Of a stretch of DNA of 59,082 nucleotides, positions 29,475 through 40,146 are shown one piece after another. Position 1 is the stretch's first letter, and the number at the start of each line of letters is the position of its first letter. The position numbers were made by a program, and so were the translations under genes. Below the pieces are notes generated by a model. The model saw only the letters and a list, made by a program, of their open reading frames with translations, did no database searches and had not been told where the DNA came from. The DNA is from an uncultured Gemmatimonadaceae bacterium (GTDB taxonomy: Bacteria; Gemmatimonadota; Gemmatimonadetes; Gemmatimonadales; Gemmatimonadaceae), in contig CAWGJO010000044.1 of NCBI GenBank assembly GCA_963822945.1, forward strand, positions 1-59,082, written 5' to 3'.

Positions 29475-31310
29475 ATGGAAATTCGTAACATCGCCATCAT
29501 CGCGCACGTCGATCACGGGAAGACGACCCTCGTCGACAAGATGCTCCGGCAGGGCGGCGCCTTCCGGGAAAATCAGGTCGTGCAGGAGCGCGTGATGGAC
29601 TCCAACCCGCTCGAACGGGAGCGGGGAATCACGATCCTCGCCAAGAACACGTCCGTTCACTGGCGCGACACGAAGATCAACATCGTCGACACGCCGGGCC
29701 ACGCCGACTTCGGTGGCGAGGTGGAGCGCATCCTGCGCATGGTGGACGGCGTGCTGCTGCTGGTGGATGCCTTCGACGGGCCGATGCCGCAGACGCGGTT
29801 CGTGCTGCGCAAGGCGCTCGGCGCTGGGCCTGTGCCGATCGTGGTGATCAACAAGATCGACCGTCCGGGCGCCGACCCCGCCCGGGTGCACGACGAAGTG
29901 CTCGACCTGTTCATCGAACTCGAGGCCGACGACGAGCAGCTCGACGCACCCGTGGTCTACGCCTCGGCGCGCGACGGCGTGGCGACGATGGACATGGACG
30001 TGACGCCCGTGGACCTGGCGCCCCTGTTCGACGCGATCGTGAGTCACGTGCCGGCGCCGCCGCACGACGCCGAGGGGCCGTTCCAGATGCTCGTGTCGAC
30101 CATCGACTATTCGCCCTATCTGGGGCGGATGGCCATCGGCCGCGTGGAGCGCGGCACGGTGCACGTGGGCGATCAGGTGATGCTGCTGCCGCTGGATCCG
30201 ACCCAGAAGGCCGACCAGGCGCGCGTGACGAAATTGTTCGCATTCGAAGGTCTGGAGCGGACCGAAGTGCCGCAGGCTTCGGCAGGGGAGATCGTGTCAC
30301 TGGCCGGGCTGGAGGGAGTGGAGATCGGGCTCACCGTCACCGACCTGGAGCATCCGGAGCGGCTGGCGGGCATCGCCGTGGAGGAGCCCACGATCTCGGT
30401 GGACTTCCTGGTGAACAACTCGCCCTTCGCCGGGCAGGACGGCAAGTTCGTGACCTCGCGGCAGATCCGGGAGCGGCTGTACAAGGAGCTGGAGCGCAAC
30501 GTCGCCTTGCGGGTGGAGGACACCGACTCCACGGACACGTGGACCGTGTCGGGGCGGGGCGAGCTGCACCTGTCGATCCTGATGGAGACGATGCGGCGCG
30601 AGGGGTACGAGTTCCAGGTGAGCCGTCCGCGGGTAATCACCCATGTGGGACCCAACGGTGAGCGGCTCGAACCGTATGAAGAGTTGGCGATCGACGTGCC
30701 CGAGGAGTTCCTGGGCGACGGTGATCGAGAAGCTGGGGCCGCGTCGGGCCGAGATGATCGAGATGAAGAATCCGGGGCAGGGGCTGGTGCGGTTGCTGTA
30801 CCGGATTCCGGCGCGGGGGTTGTTCGGGTATCGGAGCGAGTTCCTGACCGACACGCGGGGCACGGGGATCATGCACCACCGGTTCCTGGACTACGGCGCG
30901 TGGGCGGGGCCGCTGGCGGGGCGGAGCCGGGGAACGCTGGTTTCCATGGAGGGCGGGCCGATCGTGGCGTTCGCGCTGGGGAACCTGCAGGAGCGTTCGA
31001 CCCTGTTCGTGAAACCCGGGGACATGGTTTACGAAGGGATGATCGTCGGGGAGAACTCCCGTCCGGGGGATATGGACGTCAACCCGACCAAGGAGAAGAA
31101 GCTGACGAACATGCGGTCGAAGTCGGCGGACGACCACATCAATCTGGAGCCCCCCGGGAGTTGACCCTGGAAGGCGCTCTGGAGTATATCGAGGACGACG
31201 AGCTGATCGAGGTGACGCCGCAGTTCATCCGGTTGCGGAAGCGCTTCCTCAGCATGTCGGATCGGAAGAAGTTGTCGCGTGGCGCCAAGCGGGAGCGGGC
31301 GTCGTTGTAG
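29475..31310 (+). CDS. typA: Translational GTPase TypA/BipA (+1 near 30717, -1 in C-run near 31150)
   Basis: [47 protein letters not shown]; middle part ([15 protein letters not shown]) in the alternate frame; DDELIEVTP. Confidence 0.96.
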   Translation: MEIRNIAIIAHVDHGKTTLVDKMLRQGGAFRENQVVQERVMDSNPLERERGITILAKNTSVHWRDTKINIVDTPGHADFGGEVERILRMVDGVLLLVDAFDGPMPQTRFVLRKALGAGPVPIVVINKIDRPGADPARVHDEVLDLFIELEADDEQLDAPVVYASARDGVATMDMDVTPVDLAPLFDAIVSHVPAPPHDAEGPFQMLVSTIDYSPYLGRMAIGRVERGTVHVGDQVMLLPLDPTQKADQARVTKLFAFEGLERTEVPQASAGEIVSLAGLEGVEIGLTVTDLEHPERLAGIAVEEPTISVDFLVNNSPFAGQDGKFVTSRQIRERLYKELERNVALRVEDTDSTDTWTVSGRGELHLSILMETMRREGYEFQVSRPRVITHVGPNGERLEPYEELAIDVPEEFLGDGDREAGAASGRDDRDEESGAGAGAVAVPDSGAGVVRVSERVPDRHAGHGDHAPPVPGLRRVGGAAGGAEPGNAGFHGGRADRGVRAGEPAGAFDPVRETRGHGLRRDDRRGELPSGGYGRQPDQGEEADEHAVEVGGRPHQSGAPRELTLEGALEYIEDDELIEVTPQFIRLRKRFLSMSDRKKLSRGAKRERASL

Positions 31311-31363
31311 TCGGAGCCGATTCGGGAAGACAGGGCAGAGTCGTCAGTACACCCCAACACCTC

Positions 31364-31693
31364 ATGGAGAATCGAGCAATGCTGGCCGAGTTCGGTCCGT
31401 CGGAAGAAGAGCTGTCGTTGCGCAAGAAGAACGTGGACGATGAGCCCGACGAGTTCGACGACGATGTGGATGGCGATGACGAGGACGATTTCGACGACGA
31501 GGACGACGACCTCGACGACGACGATCTGGACGATGAGGACGATCTCGACGACGATGACCTCGACGACGACCTCGACGATGATGAGGACGACGACGACGTT
31601 GACGACGATCTGATCGATCTCGACGACGAGTACGACGAGTTGGACGAGGATGACGAGAACCGGCCGACTCGGCCGGGCAAGTACGACGAGTAG
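31364..31693 (+). CDS. Highly acidic Asp-rich small protein
   Basis: 65 of 109 residues D/E by my count, mostly GAC/GAG codons; followed by a terminator. Alternative ATG at 31379. Confidence 0.75.
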   Translation: MENRAMLAEFGPSEEELSLRKKNVDDEPDEFDDDVDGDDEDDFDDEDDDLDDDDLDDEDDLDDDDLDDDLDDDEDDDDVDDDLIDLDDEYDELDEDDENRPTRPGKYDE

Positions 31694-31722
31694 GGCCCGC
31701 AATCGGGCCGGCGCCGTGTGGG

Positions 31723-31751
31723 GGCTGCGCGGAGAAATCCGCGCAGCCTTT
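31723..31751 (+). terminator. Rho-independent terminator
   Basis: GGCTGCGCGGA-GAAA-TCCGCGCAGCC then TTT. Confidence 0.7.
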
Positions 31752-31754
31752 GCG

Positions 31755-31783
31755 TTGACCCGTCCCGGGGGCGTGGATAGTTT
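31755..31783 (+). promoter_or_regulatory. Sigma70-type promoter for tRNA-Ile
   Basis: TTGACC, 17-bp spacer, TAGTTT; ends 14 nt before the tRNA. Confidence 0.7.
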
Positions 31784-31797
31784 TGATGGTTCCTGCA

Positions 31798-31871
<74 letters not shown>

Positions 31872-31892
31872 CTCCAATTCTGACAACGAGTT

Positions 31893-31926
31893 AGCCCGCC
31901 GGGTCGTGTGACCCGGCGGGCTTTGT
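31893..31926 (+). terminator. Terminator after tRNA-Ile
   Basis: AGCCCGCCGGGTC-gtgt-GACCCGGCGGGCT then TTGT. Confidence 0.75.
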
Positions 31927-32265
31927 CGTGTTCGACCTACAAAAGGATGCACTGCGGTGTGACCGGCCCCCTTGCCACGCGACTCGCATCACCGGTCGAA
32001 GTACCGGGCCGACCGACCGTTCTGTGCCACCGGCCAGATTCCTGAAGTCGGAGGACATCGACCCGAAAACCCAGTTGGGCCTGAAGGTGTCGGATGCCGG
32101 GACGGTGGGGGTTCACAGGGCAGGTCGAAACGGTGCGGCCGACGCGTCAGATGCCGCTTCCGCGGGCCAGTCCTTGCCCCCGGCGCGTTCCGCCCGCATG
32201 GTGTTACGAATTCCGAGGCTGCCATTCTGGGAATACGTATGCCGCCGACCTGCGGGGAAACCGTG

Positions 32266-34572
32266 ATGACGACCAACGCACGCACCGACCTCGACTACCG
32301 CCCCTCCTACCTCGCTGCGTCGATCGCCGGCGCGCTGGTGCTCGGGCTGTACCTGCTGACCCTCGCTCCCACCACGTCGATGTGGGACACCAGCGAGTAC
32401 ATGGCGGCGGCGTACACGCTCGGACTTCCGCATCCGCCCGGGAACCCACTGTTCGTGCTGCTCGGCCGCGTGGCATCCCTTCTCCCCATCGCGTCGTCGG
32501 TCGCCGCCCGGATCAACGTCTTCGCGGCGGTGTGCAGCGCGGTGGCCGCCGCGATGTGGTTCCTCATCACGGAGCACGTCCTGGCCCACTGGTTCCACGA
32601 CCGCTGGCGCCGCCTGATCGGCGCGGGTGTCGCCACGCTGCTCGGCGCCACCGCGTTCACGGTCTGGAACCAGTCGGTGGTCAACGAGAAGGTCTACACG
32701 ATCTCCCTGGCCGGCATCGCGATCATCTCCTGGCTCATGATCCGGTGGACGGACGCGCCCGATGGGCCCAGGGCCGACCGCACGTTGGTGCTCGTGGCCT
32801 ACCTGCTGGGGCTGGGCTACGCCAACCACATGGCGGGGATGCTCGCCGCGCCCGCGGTCGGACTCGCGATCATCGCCCGCCGGCCCCGCTTCCTGCTGCG
32901 CTGGAAGTTGGTTCTCGTCTCGCTGCTCGCCCTGGGTTTCGGGCTCACGCCATTTGCGACGCAACCGATCCGCTCCGCGTTCAACCCGCCGATGAACGAG
33001 GGGCAGCCCACCGCGTGCACCAACGGGCTGCACTGGGACTGCACGTTCAGCAAGGGCACGTACGACGCGTTCATGTACAATTTCAACCGCGATCAGTACG
33101 CCAAGCCGACGCTGAGTGACCGGCAGGCTCCCTTCGTGCAGGGTCAGGTCGGCATGTGGTGGTGGTACTTCAAGTGGCAGTGGATGCGCGACGCGCTGAA
33201 CCGGCACCCCGGCCTGCAGAGCATGCTTGCCGCGACGCTGCTCGTGCTGGGGCTGCTCGGGGGGTGGATCCACTTCAAACGCGACCGGCGAAGCTGGTGG
33301 TACTTCGCGGGGCTGCTCTTCACCACGACGCTTTGCCTGATCTACTATCTCAACTTCAAGTACGGTGCCTCGCAGGACCCGCAGCTCGGCGCCACCGTGG
33401 CCCGCGAAGTGCGCGATCGCGATTACTTCTTCATCTGGAGCTTCTCTCCGTGGGGCGTGTGGGCCGCACTCGGCCTCATGTACGTCTGGGAATCCGTGGC
33501 CTCGCTGTTTGCCCCGCGGCCGGAGCGGGCAGGGAAGGCCGCCCTCGCCGCGCCGAGCCGACTGGGATGGCTCGCCGGCTCTCCCGTGTTGCTCCTGGCG
33601 ATCGTCCCGCTGATCGCCAACTGGCACTGGGCCTCGCGCGCCGGCCAGACGGATACGCAGGACTTCGCGATCGACATGCTCAATTCGGTGGAACCCTACG
33701 GCGTGCTCGTCGTGGCCGGCGATAACGACACCTTTCCGCTCTGGTTCGCCCAGGACGTCCTCGGCGTCCGCAAGGATGTGGTGGTGGCCAATACGTCGCT
33801 GCTCGGGACGAGCTGGTACGTCCGCCAGCTGCTCGATCGTCCCATCTACGCGTACGATTCGGCGAAGGGCCCGGCGATCTATCGGGACAAGGCGTGGCCC
33901 AAACCCACGACACCGCCGCTGCACATGACTGCCGCCCAGGCCAACGCGGTGCCCGACTACGTGGCGATTCCCAGGGTGCAGACGTACAACCTGGCGGGCA
34001 TCAAGGCGACCATCGATCCCAAGCATCTGCCGCAGGACGCCGCGGGCACGGGCTATCTGTCGCGGTCCGACGTATTCGTGCTCAAGATGATCGCCGATTC
34101 ATTCGGCCTGCGGCCCATCTATCTGAGCCGCACCACCGGCGCGCTGGCCGATACGCTCGACCTGAGGAACAAGCTCCTCACGCAGGGGCTCGCGTCGAAG
34201 GTGTTCGTGCCCCCCGCGAACCCGGGCCGAGATACCGTACGCGTGGCGGGCGACGGCTACTTCGACGTGGATACCTCGCGGTCACTCTGGAACGACGTGT
34301 TCCTCGCACCAAAGTCGCTCGCCAAGCGGCGCGGATGGGTGGACCGGCCGTCGATCAACATCCCGGCGCTGTACGTCGGGACGGCGTACGAGTTGGCGCA
34401 GATCGAACAGTCGCTGGGCGACACCACGAGCGCCCGACGAACCATGGGCGACGCCGGGACGATCGTGAAGTCGCTGAACATGGAGGACATCTATCCCCCG
34501 GGGGCATTCACCTTGCCGCCGGCGGCGCCGGCGCGGTCGGGAGACACGGCGGGACGGGGGTTGAACCGGTGA
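32266..34572 (+). CDS. DUF2723 (TMEM260-like GT-C glycosyltransferase) membrane protein
   Basis: YLLTLAPT..WDTSEY..LGLPHPPGNP, NEKVY, EVRDRDYFF, GDNDTFPLW. Confidence 0.9.
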   Translation: MTTNARTDLDYRPSYLAASIAGALVLGLYLLTLAPTTSMWDTSEYMAAAYTLGLPHPPGNPLFVLLGRVASLLPIASSVAARINVFAAVCSAVAAAMWFLITEHVLAHWFHDRWRRLIGAGVATLLGATAFTVWNQSVVNEKVYTISLAGIAIISWLMIRWTDAPDGPRADRTLVLVAYLLGLGYANHMAGMLAAPAVGLAIIARRPRFLLRWKLVLVSLLALGFGLTPFATQPIRSAFNPPMNEGQPTACTNGLHWDCTFSKGTYDAFMYNFNRDQYAKPTLSDRQAPFVQGQVGMWWWYFKWQWMRDALNRHPGLQSMLAATLLVLGLLGGWIHFKRDRRSWWYFAGLLFTTTLCLIYYLNFKYGASQDPQLGATVAREVRDRDYFFIWSFSPWGVWAALGLMYVWESVASLFAPRPERAGKAALAAPSRLGWLAGSPVLLLAIVPLIANWHWASRAGQTDTQDFAIDMLNSVEPYGVLVVAGDNDTFPLWFAQDVLGVRKDVVVANTSLLGTSWYVRQLLDRPIYAYDSAKGPAIYRDKAWPKPTTPPLHMTAAQANAVPDYVAIPRVQTYNLAGIKATIDPKHLPQDAAGTGYLSRSDVFVLKMIADSFGLRPIYLSRTTGALADTLDLRNKLLTQGLASKVFVPPANPGRDTVRVAGDGYFDVDTSRSLWNDVFLAPKSLAKRRGWVDRPSINIPALYVGTAYELAQIEQSLGDTTSARRTMGDAGTIVKSLNMEDIYPPGAFTLPPAAPARSGDTAGRGLNR

Positions 34573-34609
34573 GGGGCGCTGGATCGCCGGGAACGCGACG
34601 CTCCCGTTG

Positions 34610-35560
34610 ATGAGCCGCCGTCGCTTCAGCCTGGCCCGGACCCGTGTTGGCGGTGTCCTTTCCGTTCTCATGCTCTCGGGCGTCGCCGGGTGCCCTGATC
34701 GTGTGTCGGCACCGCAGTTGCCTGTGCTGCGGTCGGTGCTGGCCGGTGCCGCCGCGGCCGCACTGCAGCCGAACGGTGAATTCGTACTCGCGTCGGCTCC
34801 AGCGGGCCTCGTCACGGCCGAGCAAGCCCGAGCGCTTTCACTCGCCTACGGTCGTACCGCGGGCCCGGCCGGGCTTGGCGCCACCTGGGAGTGGGAACGG
34901 AACGCAGGCCCGATCGACTACGCTCAACTGAGGCCCTGCGGACGCACGTTCTTTGCGAGGACTACGTTCGACGCTCTTCCACCGACTGCCATTCTGCCGT
35001 TGCGCCAGCGGTTCGGCTCGTTCTGGCTCACCACCCTCTGTGGCGCCGCCGGCGATCCGGAGGTCAGCGTTGCGGTTCCGGTCGTCGATACGTTGCTGCG
35101 TGTCACCGCGGACGGGATGATTACCGACTTGGGCACAGCCCACTTCTCATCGGCGGGGATTCAACCGGGCGTGAAGTTTCCGCCATCACCGGAGACCGTG
35201 GCGCAGGAGGTTGCGCAGCAGACGCAGCGTCGCGTTACACAGGTGCCGGAGTTGATTCTTCAGCCACCGCCGTACATGCCACAACTCGCGAAATGGCGGA
35301 TCGAGTTGGAGGCGCCGGCATCGTTCCAGACGCTCCCGGACACGACCCAACTCACTCGCTCCGAAGTGTACTACGGCTACGGCCACGTCGTTCAGATCAT
35401 AGGGCTGCAGGTGGGGCAAGCGTGCGAGCCGACGCGATTTGTCGTGCCCGTCCCCGGCACGGTTGGCGATTCTATCATGGTGAGTCTCGCCCCGGGCTAT
35501 GACAACTGCTACTCCCGCGTCGACACCGCCGGACAACGAACGGCGGTTCGCCAGCAATAG
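34610..35560 (+). CDS. Hypothetical lipoprotein
   Basis: Arg-rich N-terminus, lipobox VAGC; more A/T-ending codons than its neighbours. Confidence 0.65.
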   Translation: MSRRRFSLARTRVGGVLSVLMLSGVAGCPDRVSAPQLPVLRSVLAGAAAAALQPNGEFVLASAPAGLVTAEQARALSLAYGRTAGPAGLGATWEWERNAGPIDYAQLRPCGRTFFARTTFDALPPTAILPLRQRFGSFWLTTLCGAAGDPEVSVAVPVVDTLLRVTADGMITDLGTAHFSSAGIQPGVKFPPSPETVAQEVAQQTQRRVTQVPELILQPPPYMPQLAKWRIELEAPASFQTLPDTTQLTRSEVYYGYGHVVQIIGLQVGQACEPTRFVVPVPGTVGDSIMVSLAPGYDNCYSRVDTAGQRTAVRQQ

Positions 35561-35713
35561 CCCCGGTCTCCGGGGCCCGCTGAGCGGCGTGTCTCACGGT
35601 GGCGGATCGAGCGGCGCAGCACTGACCGATGCCCCGTGACCGTTACGCCGGCCGTGCGGCCAAGTGATTAATGTTACCGTAGTAACGCTGGCGGTGACCA
35701 ACGTTGGCTGGTG

Positions 35714-35762
35714 GTTCCGGCGTTCCGTCCGGGGTGCTCTCGGACTGGCGCCGGAACTTTTT
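35714..35762 (+). terminator. Hairpin plus U-tract upstream of the cytochrome c gene
   Basis: GTTCCGGCG...CGCCGGAAC stem with inner GTCCG/CGGAC, then TTTTT. Confidence 0.55.
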
Positions 35763-35846
35763 GAGCGGGTGCACACTAACCAAGAGGAGTTCGGATTCCG
35801 GCTCGCACGGGGCTGAGCCGGCCCGGCTTCATGAAAGAGGATCCCT

Positions 35847-36434
35847 GTGAAGATCTGCGCCACGATTCTGGCTGTTCTCGTTCTTGTGACCGGTGTGAGC
35901 GGGTGGTACGTGTACTCGGGCCGCTACGACGTCGGCGCGGATGTGCCGCACATGCGCTTCGTGGCCCGCACGCTGCATCGCGTCGCCGATCACTCGGTGG
36001 CCTATCACGCGCGCAGCGTGCAGGTGCCCGACGACGTCGCCAACCCCGACTCCGCAATGCTCCTGGAGGGCGCGGGCCGGTACGCCACCATGTGCAGCAC
36101 GTGCCACCTGGCCCCCGGCATCGAGAAGACCCCGTTATTCGAAGGGCTCTACCCGCGTCCGCCGCGGTTCATTCGCGGTACGGATATGGAGGCAGCGGAG
36201 TTTTTCTGGGAGACCAAGCACGGCATCAAGGACACGGCGATGCCGGCGTGGGGGAAGACGCACTCCGACGAGGAACTCTGGGCGGTGGTCGCGTTCGTCG
36301 AGCACATGCACGGGATGACGCCGGAGCAGTACCGGGACCTCGTGACGCGCGCTCCCCGGGATAGCGATATGGTCGACCTGCCCATGCCGACTCCCCCAGC
36401 GCCCGTGCATTCTGCGAAGGCCGGCGGGCGCTGA
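35847..36434 (+). CDS. Membrane-anchored monoheme cytochrome c
   Basis: N-terminal TM, CSTCH, GLYPRPP, KHGIK..AMPAW. Confidence 0.88.
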   Translation: MKICATILAVLVLVTGVSGWYVYSGRYDVGADVPHMRFVARTLHRVADHSVAYHARSVQVPDDVANPDSAMLLEGAGRYATMCSTCHLAPGIEKTPLFEGLYPRPPRFIRGTDMEAAEFFWETKHGIKDTAMPAWGKTHSDEELWAVVAFVEHMHGMTPEQYRDLVTRAPRDSDMVDLPMPTPPAPVHSAKAGGR

Positions 36435-36455
36435 TCGCACGTCAGCGACCCACAC

Positions 36456-39254
36456 TCACCGCGAGTCCGGCGGCGCAATCGCCGCCGCCTTGCGCTTGGC
36501 GTCGGCCACCACGCTGTCGGCGCGCGCATTCGCCTGACTGAGGATGCTGGTGGCCTGCTTGTCCGCCTCGCTCTTCAGCCTGTCGGCGCCCGCCTGCGCG
36601 ACCATCTTCGCCGCGGGGTTGGTGGCCTTGGCCACGAGCGCCTTCGCCTGATCGTCCGCCGTGCGGCGTACCTTCGCCGCGGCGGAGTCGGCGCCGGCCC
36701 GGATGGCGGCGGCCTGCTGCTCCGCCTGCGCCACGAGCTGTTGCGCCTGCGCGCTCGCGCGGGCCCGGGCCGCGAGCGCTGCCGAGTCGACCTTCGTCTT
36801 CACGGCCGTGACCTGCGCCTGCACCTGCTGCGTGGCCGCCTCGCGCACGCCCGCTTCCACGGAGCTGCCCGTGCCGGCGAAGGAGGGGCGGACCGTCGGG
36901 TTGGTGACGGTTCCGGTCATCTTCACGCCGACGGACACGGCCGCCGCACTGCCGAGGTTGATGCCCGCCCGGCCGGCGCTGGCGGCCAGCGCGCCGATGG
37001 CCTGGTTGGCGCTGGCCCCGAGCATCGCGGTCGGGACGGCGAGGGCCAGCGTGTAGTCCAGGCTCTGATCGATGCCGTTGGATCCGGAAACGTTCATGGC
37101 GATGTTGCCCACCTTGACGTCGAACGGCTTCACGTACAGGCGCCCGTCCTTGATCGTGAACGAACCCAGCAGCGCGCGCATGGCCGGATTGCGAAGCTGA
37201 TCGACCTTGATCGCATCGGCCAGCTTGGTGAGCGGCGGGAAGCTGTCGATGGCGATGGTGCCCGTCTGGAACGACCCCTGGCCGGTGAGCTTGTCGAAAA
37301 CGGGCATCATGTTGGCGGCGAGCGGTCCGGACAGCGACAGCTTGGAGCTGACACGCCCGCGCGCGTAGCGCGCCACCGGGACCAGCCGCTGAACCGTCAC
37401 GAGCGACGAGAACGCGGTGGGGATGTCCAGCGAGTCGACATTCACGTCGAACGAGAAAGTCGGCCGCGCGGGGGTCGTGGTTTCGTAGTAGCCGTTGGCG
37501 ACCACTCCGCCGCCGAGCATGTTCATCCCGAAGCCGTCGAGGGTGATGCGCTGATCCTTCACGAGCACCCGGCCGTGCGCGTCGCGGATGTCGAGCTTTC
37601 CGTAGAGCAGCCGCTTGGCGGTCACGCCGAGCGTGAAGTCCACGTTGGGCGGGACGGGGATGATCTCGGACTGCTTGTCGGAGCGCCACTCGTCGAGATT
37701 GAACGTGTTGCTGGCGACGGTGGCCTGCCCCTGCAGCACCCCGTGATGGAGCACGTAGCCGATGAGATTCTCGAGCGAGCCGTTGGCGCGCACGTCGCTG
37801 CTGCCGATGCGGGCAACGAAGGCGGGCAGCTCCACGCGCCGCGGGGTGAAGCGCAGGAGCGCCGAGTCCACGGCGACCGGGTGCCGGACGACAGCGCCCG
37901 ACATGGCGACGTGGGAGGCGGCGAACATTCCCGACGCCGAAATCCGGTCGTAGCGGCCGGCGTCCACCCAGGACTTCCTGGTGTGCACGGCGAAGTCGGC
38001 GGTGACGACGCCCGCCAACTGCTTCACGTCCGGGAGTTCCACGGTGCGAGATACGTCGCCCAGATCCACCGAGCCCTTCATCGCGACATCGACCTCGGGA
38101 TCGCTCACCGGCGTGCTGAGGGTGAGCCGCGCGTCGAGCGGGCGCTGGCCGAGCACGACGTGGAAGCGGCTGAGGTTGACGACCGTGCGGTCGACGCTGC
38201 CACCCGGATTGTCCACCGCGAGATCGAGCCCGATGTCGCGCGCGGGGAGCGGCAGGTCGGGATAGCGGAAGCTCCCGTTCTCCACGGTCGCGCGAAGGGC
38301 GAGGGCGGGGAACGCCTTCGGCCCGTACGCGCCCTTCACCGTACCGGACACCGACATCTTGCCGGTGGTGCGGATCTTGGCGAAGTCGCGCTTGTAGAGC
38401 GCGGGCACCAGCGAGAGGATCCCGCCGACGTCGTTGCTGGGGGTCGAGAACGCGAGATCGAGGTCGGTGTTCTCGGCGCCGAGCGCCACCGAGCCGTTGA
38501 GGGACAGCGCGAGGCTGTTCAGTGCCAGCTTCGCGTCCTTGACCGTGAAGCGTTTGGCGCGCATGTCGGCGCCCACGTCGGTGTTGAGCGCCACGGCGAC
38601 GTGGTCGAGATACGGAATGCCGGCGAAGTGGACCGTGGCGTCACCGGCTTTGACCTGGGTGCCGAGGGTGAAGCGATCCTGGGTGAAGTCGCCGTTCAAC
38701 GTCACGTCGAGTGCCGAGACGGCGGCCGTGAGGTCGGACGGCCGGCTGTCGACGGTGATGGTCGCATCGTTCACGGCGAGATGGCGGAGCGAGACGGCGA
38801 GCGCCTTGCTCGGGCCGGACTTCGCAGCCGCCGGACGCGGGCGCATGATGTTCCAGTTCGCGGTGCCGTCCTGGAGCACGCGAAGGTTGGCCACCGGCTG
38901 CTGGACGATGACGTCGCGCACCACGATCGCTCGGCCGCTGGTGAGGTAGCCCAGCACGCTGCCCAGGCCGAGCACCACGCGGAACTGCCGCACGGCGAGG
39001 AGGGTGTCGCCCGCGAACGGCTTGCCGTTGACCACCGAGAGGTCATTCAGGCCAAGCGTGACGTTGGGGAAGTTGCGGAACACGCCGATGCTCACGCCGC
39101 TCCACCGCACGTCGGCGTTCACCGATGCCGCGATCTCGGTGCGCACGCGCTCGGCGATCTGCCCGCGGAAGAGATAGGGAAGCAGCGCGAGGAGGATGAC
39201 GAGAACGCCGACGGTAGCGGCGATTCCGATGAGTGGCTTGCGGAGTGAGCGCAT
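36456..39254 (-). CDS. AsmA-family protein with helical C-terminal tail
   Basis: N-terminal TM, FRNFPNVTL, DGTANWNI, beta-rich body, GTVTNPTV, Ala-rich coiled coil. Confidence 0.85.
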   Translation of the reverse strand: MRSLRKPLIGIAATVGVLVILLALLPYLFRGQIAERVRTEIAASVNADVRWSGVSIGVFRNFPNVTLGLNDLSVVNGKPFAGDTLLAVRQFRVVLGLGSVLGYLTSGRAIVVRDVIVQQPVANLRVLQDGTANWNIMRPRPAAAKSGPSKALAVSLRHLAVNDATITVDSRPSDLTAAVSALDVTLNGDFTQDRFTLGTQVKAGDATVHFAGIPYLDHVAVALNTDVGADMRAKRFTVKDAKLALNSLALSLNGSVALGAENTDLDLAFSTPSNDVGGILSLVPALYKRDFAKIRTTGKMSVSGTVKGAYGPKAFPALALRATVENGSFRYPDLPLPARDIGLDLAVDNPGGSVDRTVVNLSRFHVVLGQRPLDARLTLSTPVSDPEVDVAMKGSVDLGDVSRTVELPDVKQLAGVVTADFAVHTRKSWVDAGRYDRISASGMFAASHVAMSGAVVRHPVAVDSALLRFTPRRVELPAFVARIGSSDVRANGSLENLIGYVLHHGVLQGQATVASNTFNLDEWRSDKQSEIIPVPPNVDFTLGVTAKRLLYGKLDIRDAHGRVLVKDQRITLDGFGMNMLGGGVVANGYYETTTPARPTFSFDVNVDSLDIPTAFSSLVTVQRLVPVARYARGRVSSKLSLSGPLAANMMPVFDKLTGQGSFQTGTIAIDSFPPLTKLADAIKVDQLRNPAMRALLGSFTIKDGRLYVKPFDVKVGNIAMNVSGSNGIDQSLDYTLALAVPTAMLGASANQAIGALAASAGRAGINLGSAAAVSVGVKMTGTVTNPTVRPSFAGTGSSVEAGVREAATQQVQAQVTAVKTKVDSAALAARARASAQAQQLVAQAEQQAAAIRAGADSAAAKVRRTADDQAKALVAKATNPAAKMVAQAGADRLKSEADKQATSILSQANARADSVVADAKRKAAAIAPPDSR

Positions 39255-39314
39255 GGGGCGATGCCGGATCGGGAAGTAGCGCGTGAGGACGGGTGGCGCC
39301 CAGCGGCGCGGCCG

Positions 39315-39965
39315 TCAGGTGACCTTGAACTTGAATTCCACTTCGAGCGTGATGCTGTCGGCCACGCTCATCACGCGGAAGATCTTGGGCGGGGTCAGCC
39401 CGAACTTCTCGAAGGTGAAATGCGTGCTGGCGCGACCGGCGACGATGCCGCTGCGCTCGTCCACGGTGGCGATACCCTGCCAGGTGAGGGGCGCCGTGGT
39501 CCCGTGAATGGTCATGTCGCCCGACAGCTCGAGGCCGAACTGGCCGGCGAGCGGGTTGGGCATTCCGGAAATCGACTTCGGCACGAAGACCGCCATCGGA
39601 TACTTGTCGGTTTCGAGCGTGCGATGCTGGATATACCCGTCGCGCATCGACTGGTCGCTCTTCAGCGTCCGCAGGTCGAACGAGAGCTTCGACTGGGTGG
39701 TGTCGATCGAGCCGTCCTTGTTGAACACGATGGTGCCGGTGACGGCGGTCGATCGCCCGACGGCATCGCTGGGGAAGTTCACGCCGGCCAGCTGCTCACG
39801 GACGCGATACGAGGCGCTGGTCCCGTCGACGAGGGTGAGGGTGAGCGGGAATGGCTTGGGCGGCGCCGACCAGGCGATGAGCGCGGCGGCGGACAGCGCG
39901 GCGCAAACGGTGAGGGCGGTCAGGCGGGGGAGCCTCGGTGCCGGGGAGATGCGGGTGCGATTCAT
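39315..39965 (-). CDS. YceI-family lipid/polyisoprenoid-binding protein
   Basis: ASYRVREQL, DLRTLKSDQSMRD, LETDKYP, GDMTIHGTT, FEKFGL. Confidence 0.85.
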   Translation of the reverse strand: MNRTRISPAPRLPRLTALTVCAALSAAALIAWSAPPKPFPLTLTLVDGTSASYRVREQLAGVNFPSDAVGRSTAVTGTIVFNKDGSIDTTQSKLSFDLRTLKSDQSMRDGYIQHRTLETDKYPMAVFVPKSISGMPNPLAGQFGLELSGDMTIHGTTAPLTWQGIATVDERSGIVAGRASTHFTFEKFGLTPPKIFRVMSVADSITLEVEFKFKVT

Positions 39966-40146
39966 GCCTGTTCCCTCCTGGTGACGTGGAGCCGCGCCGA
40001 GGACGCGTTCAACGGCCGCGATCCGAATAAAGATAAGCCAGGTGTCGTGGCATTCGTACGTGTCAGTGTCTGCTGGCAGGCCCGGCGACGAATTCGTATT
40101 TTTGCAGCTCGCCAGCCTCACCGTCTCCTCGTCGCCCGGGACCGGC

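Noticed and set aside
30710..31165. Novel internal segment in TypA
   Set aside because: Compensating +1/-1 indels, one in a C homopolymer; canonical sequence is in the alternate frame.
31930..32260. c-di-GMP-type riboswitch upstream of DUF2723
   Set aside because: Only scattered resemblance (CACAGGGCA, GAAA, GGGCCTGAAG); consensus stems cannot be built. An Rfam scan would decide.
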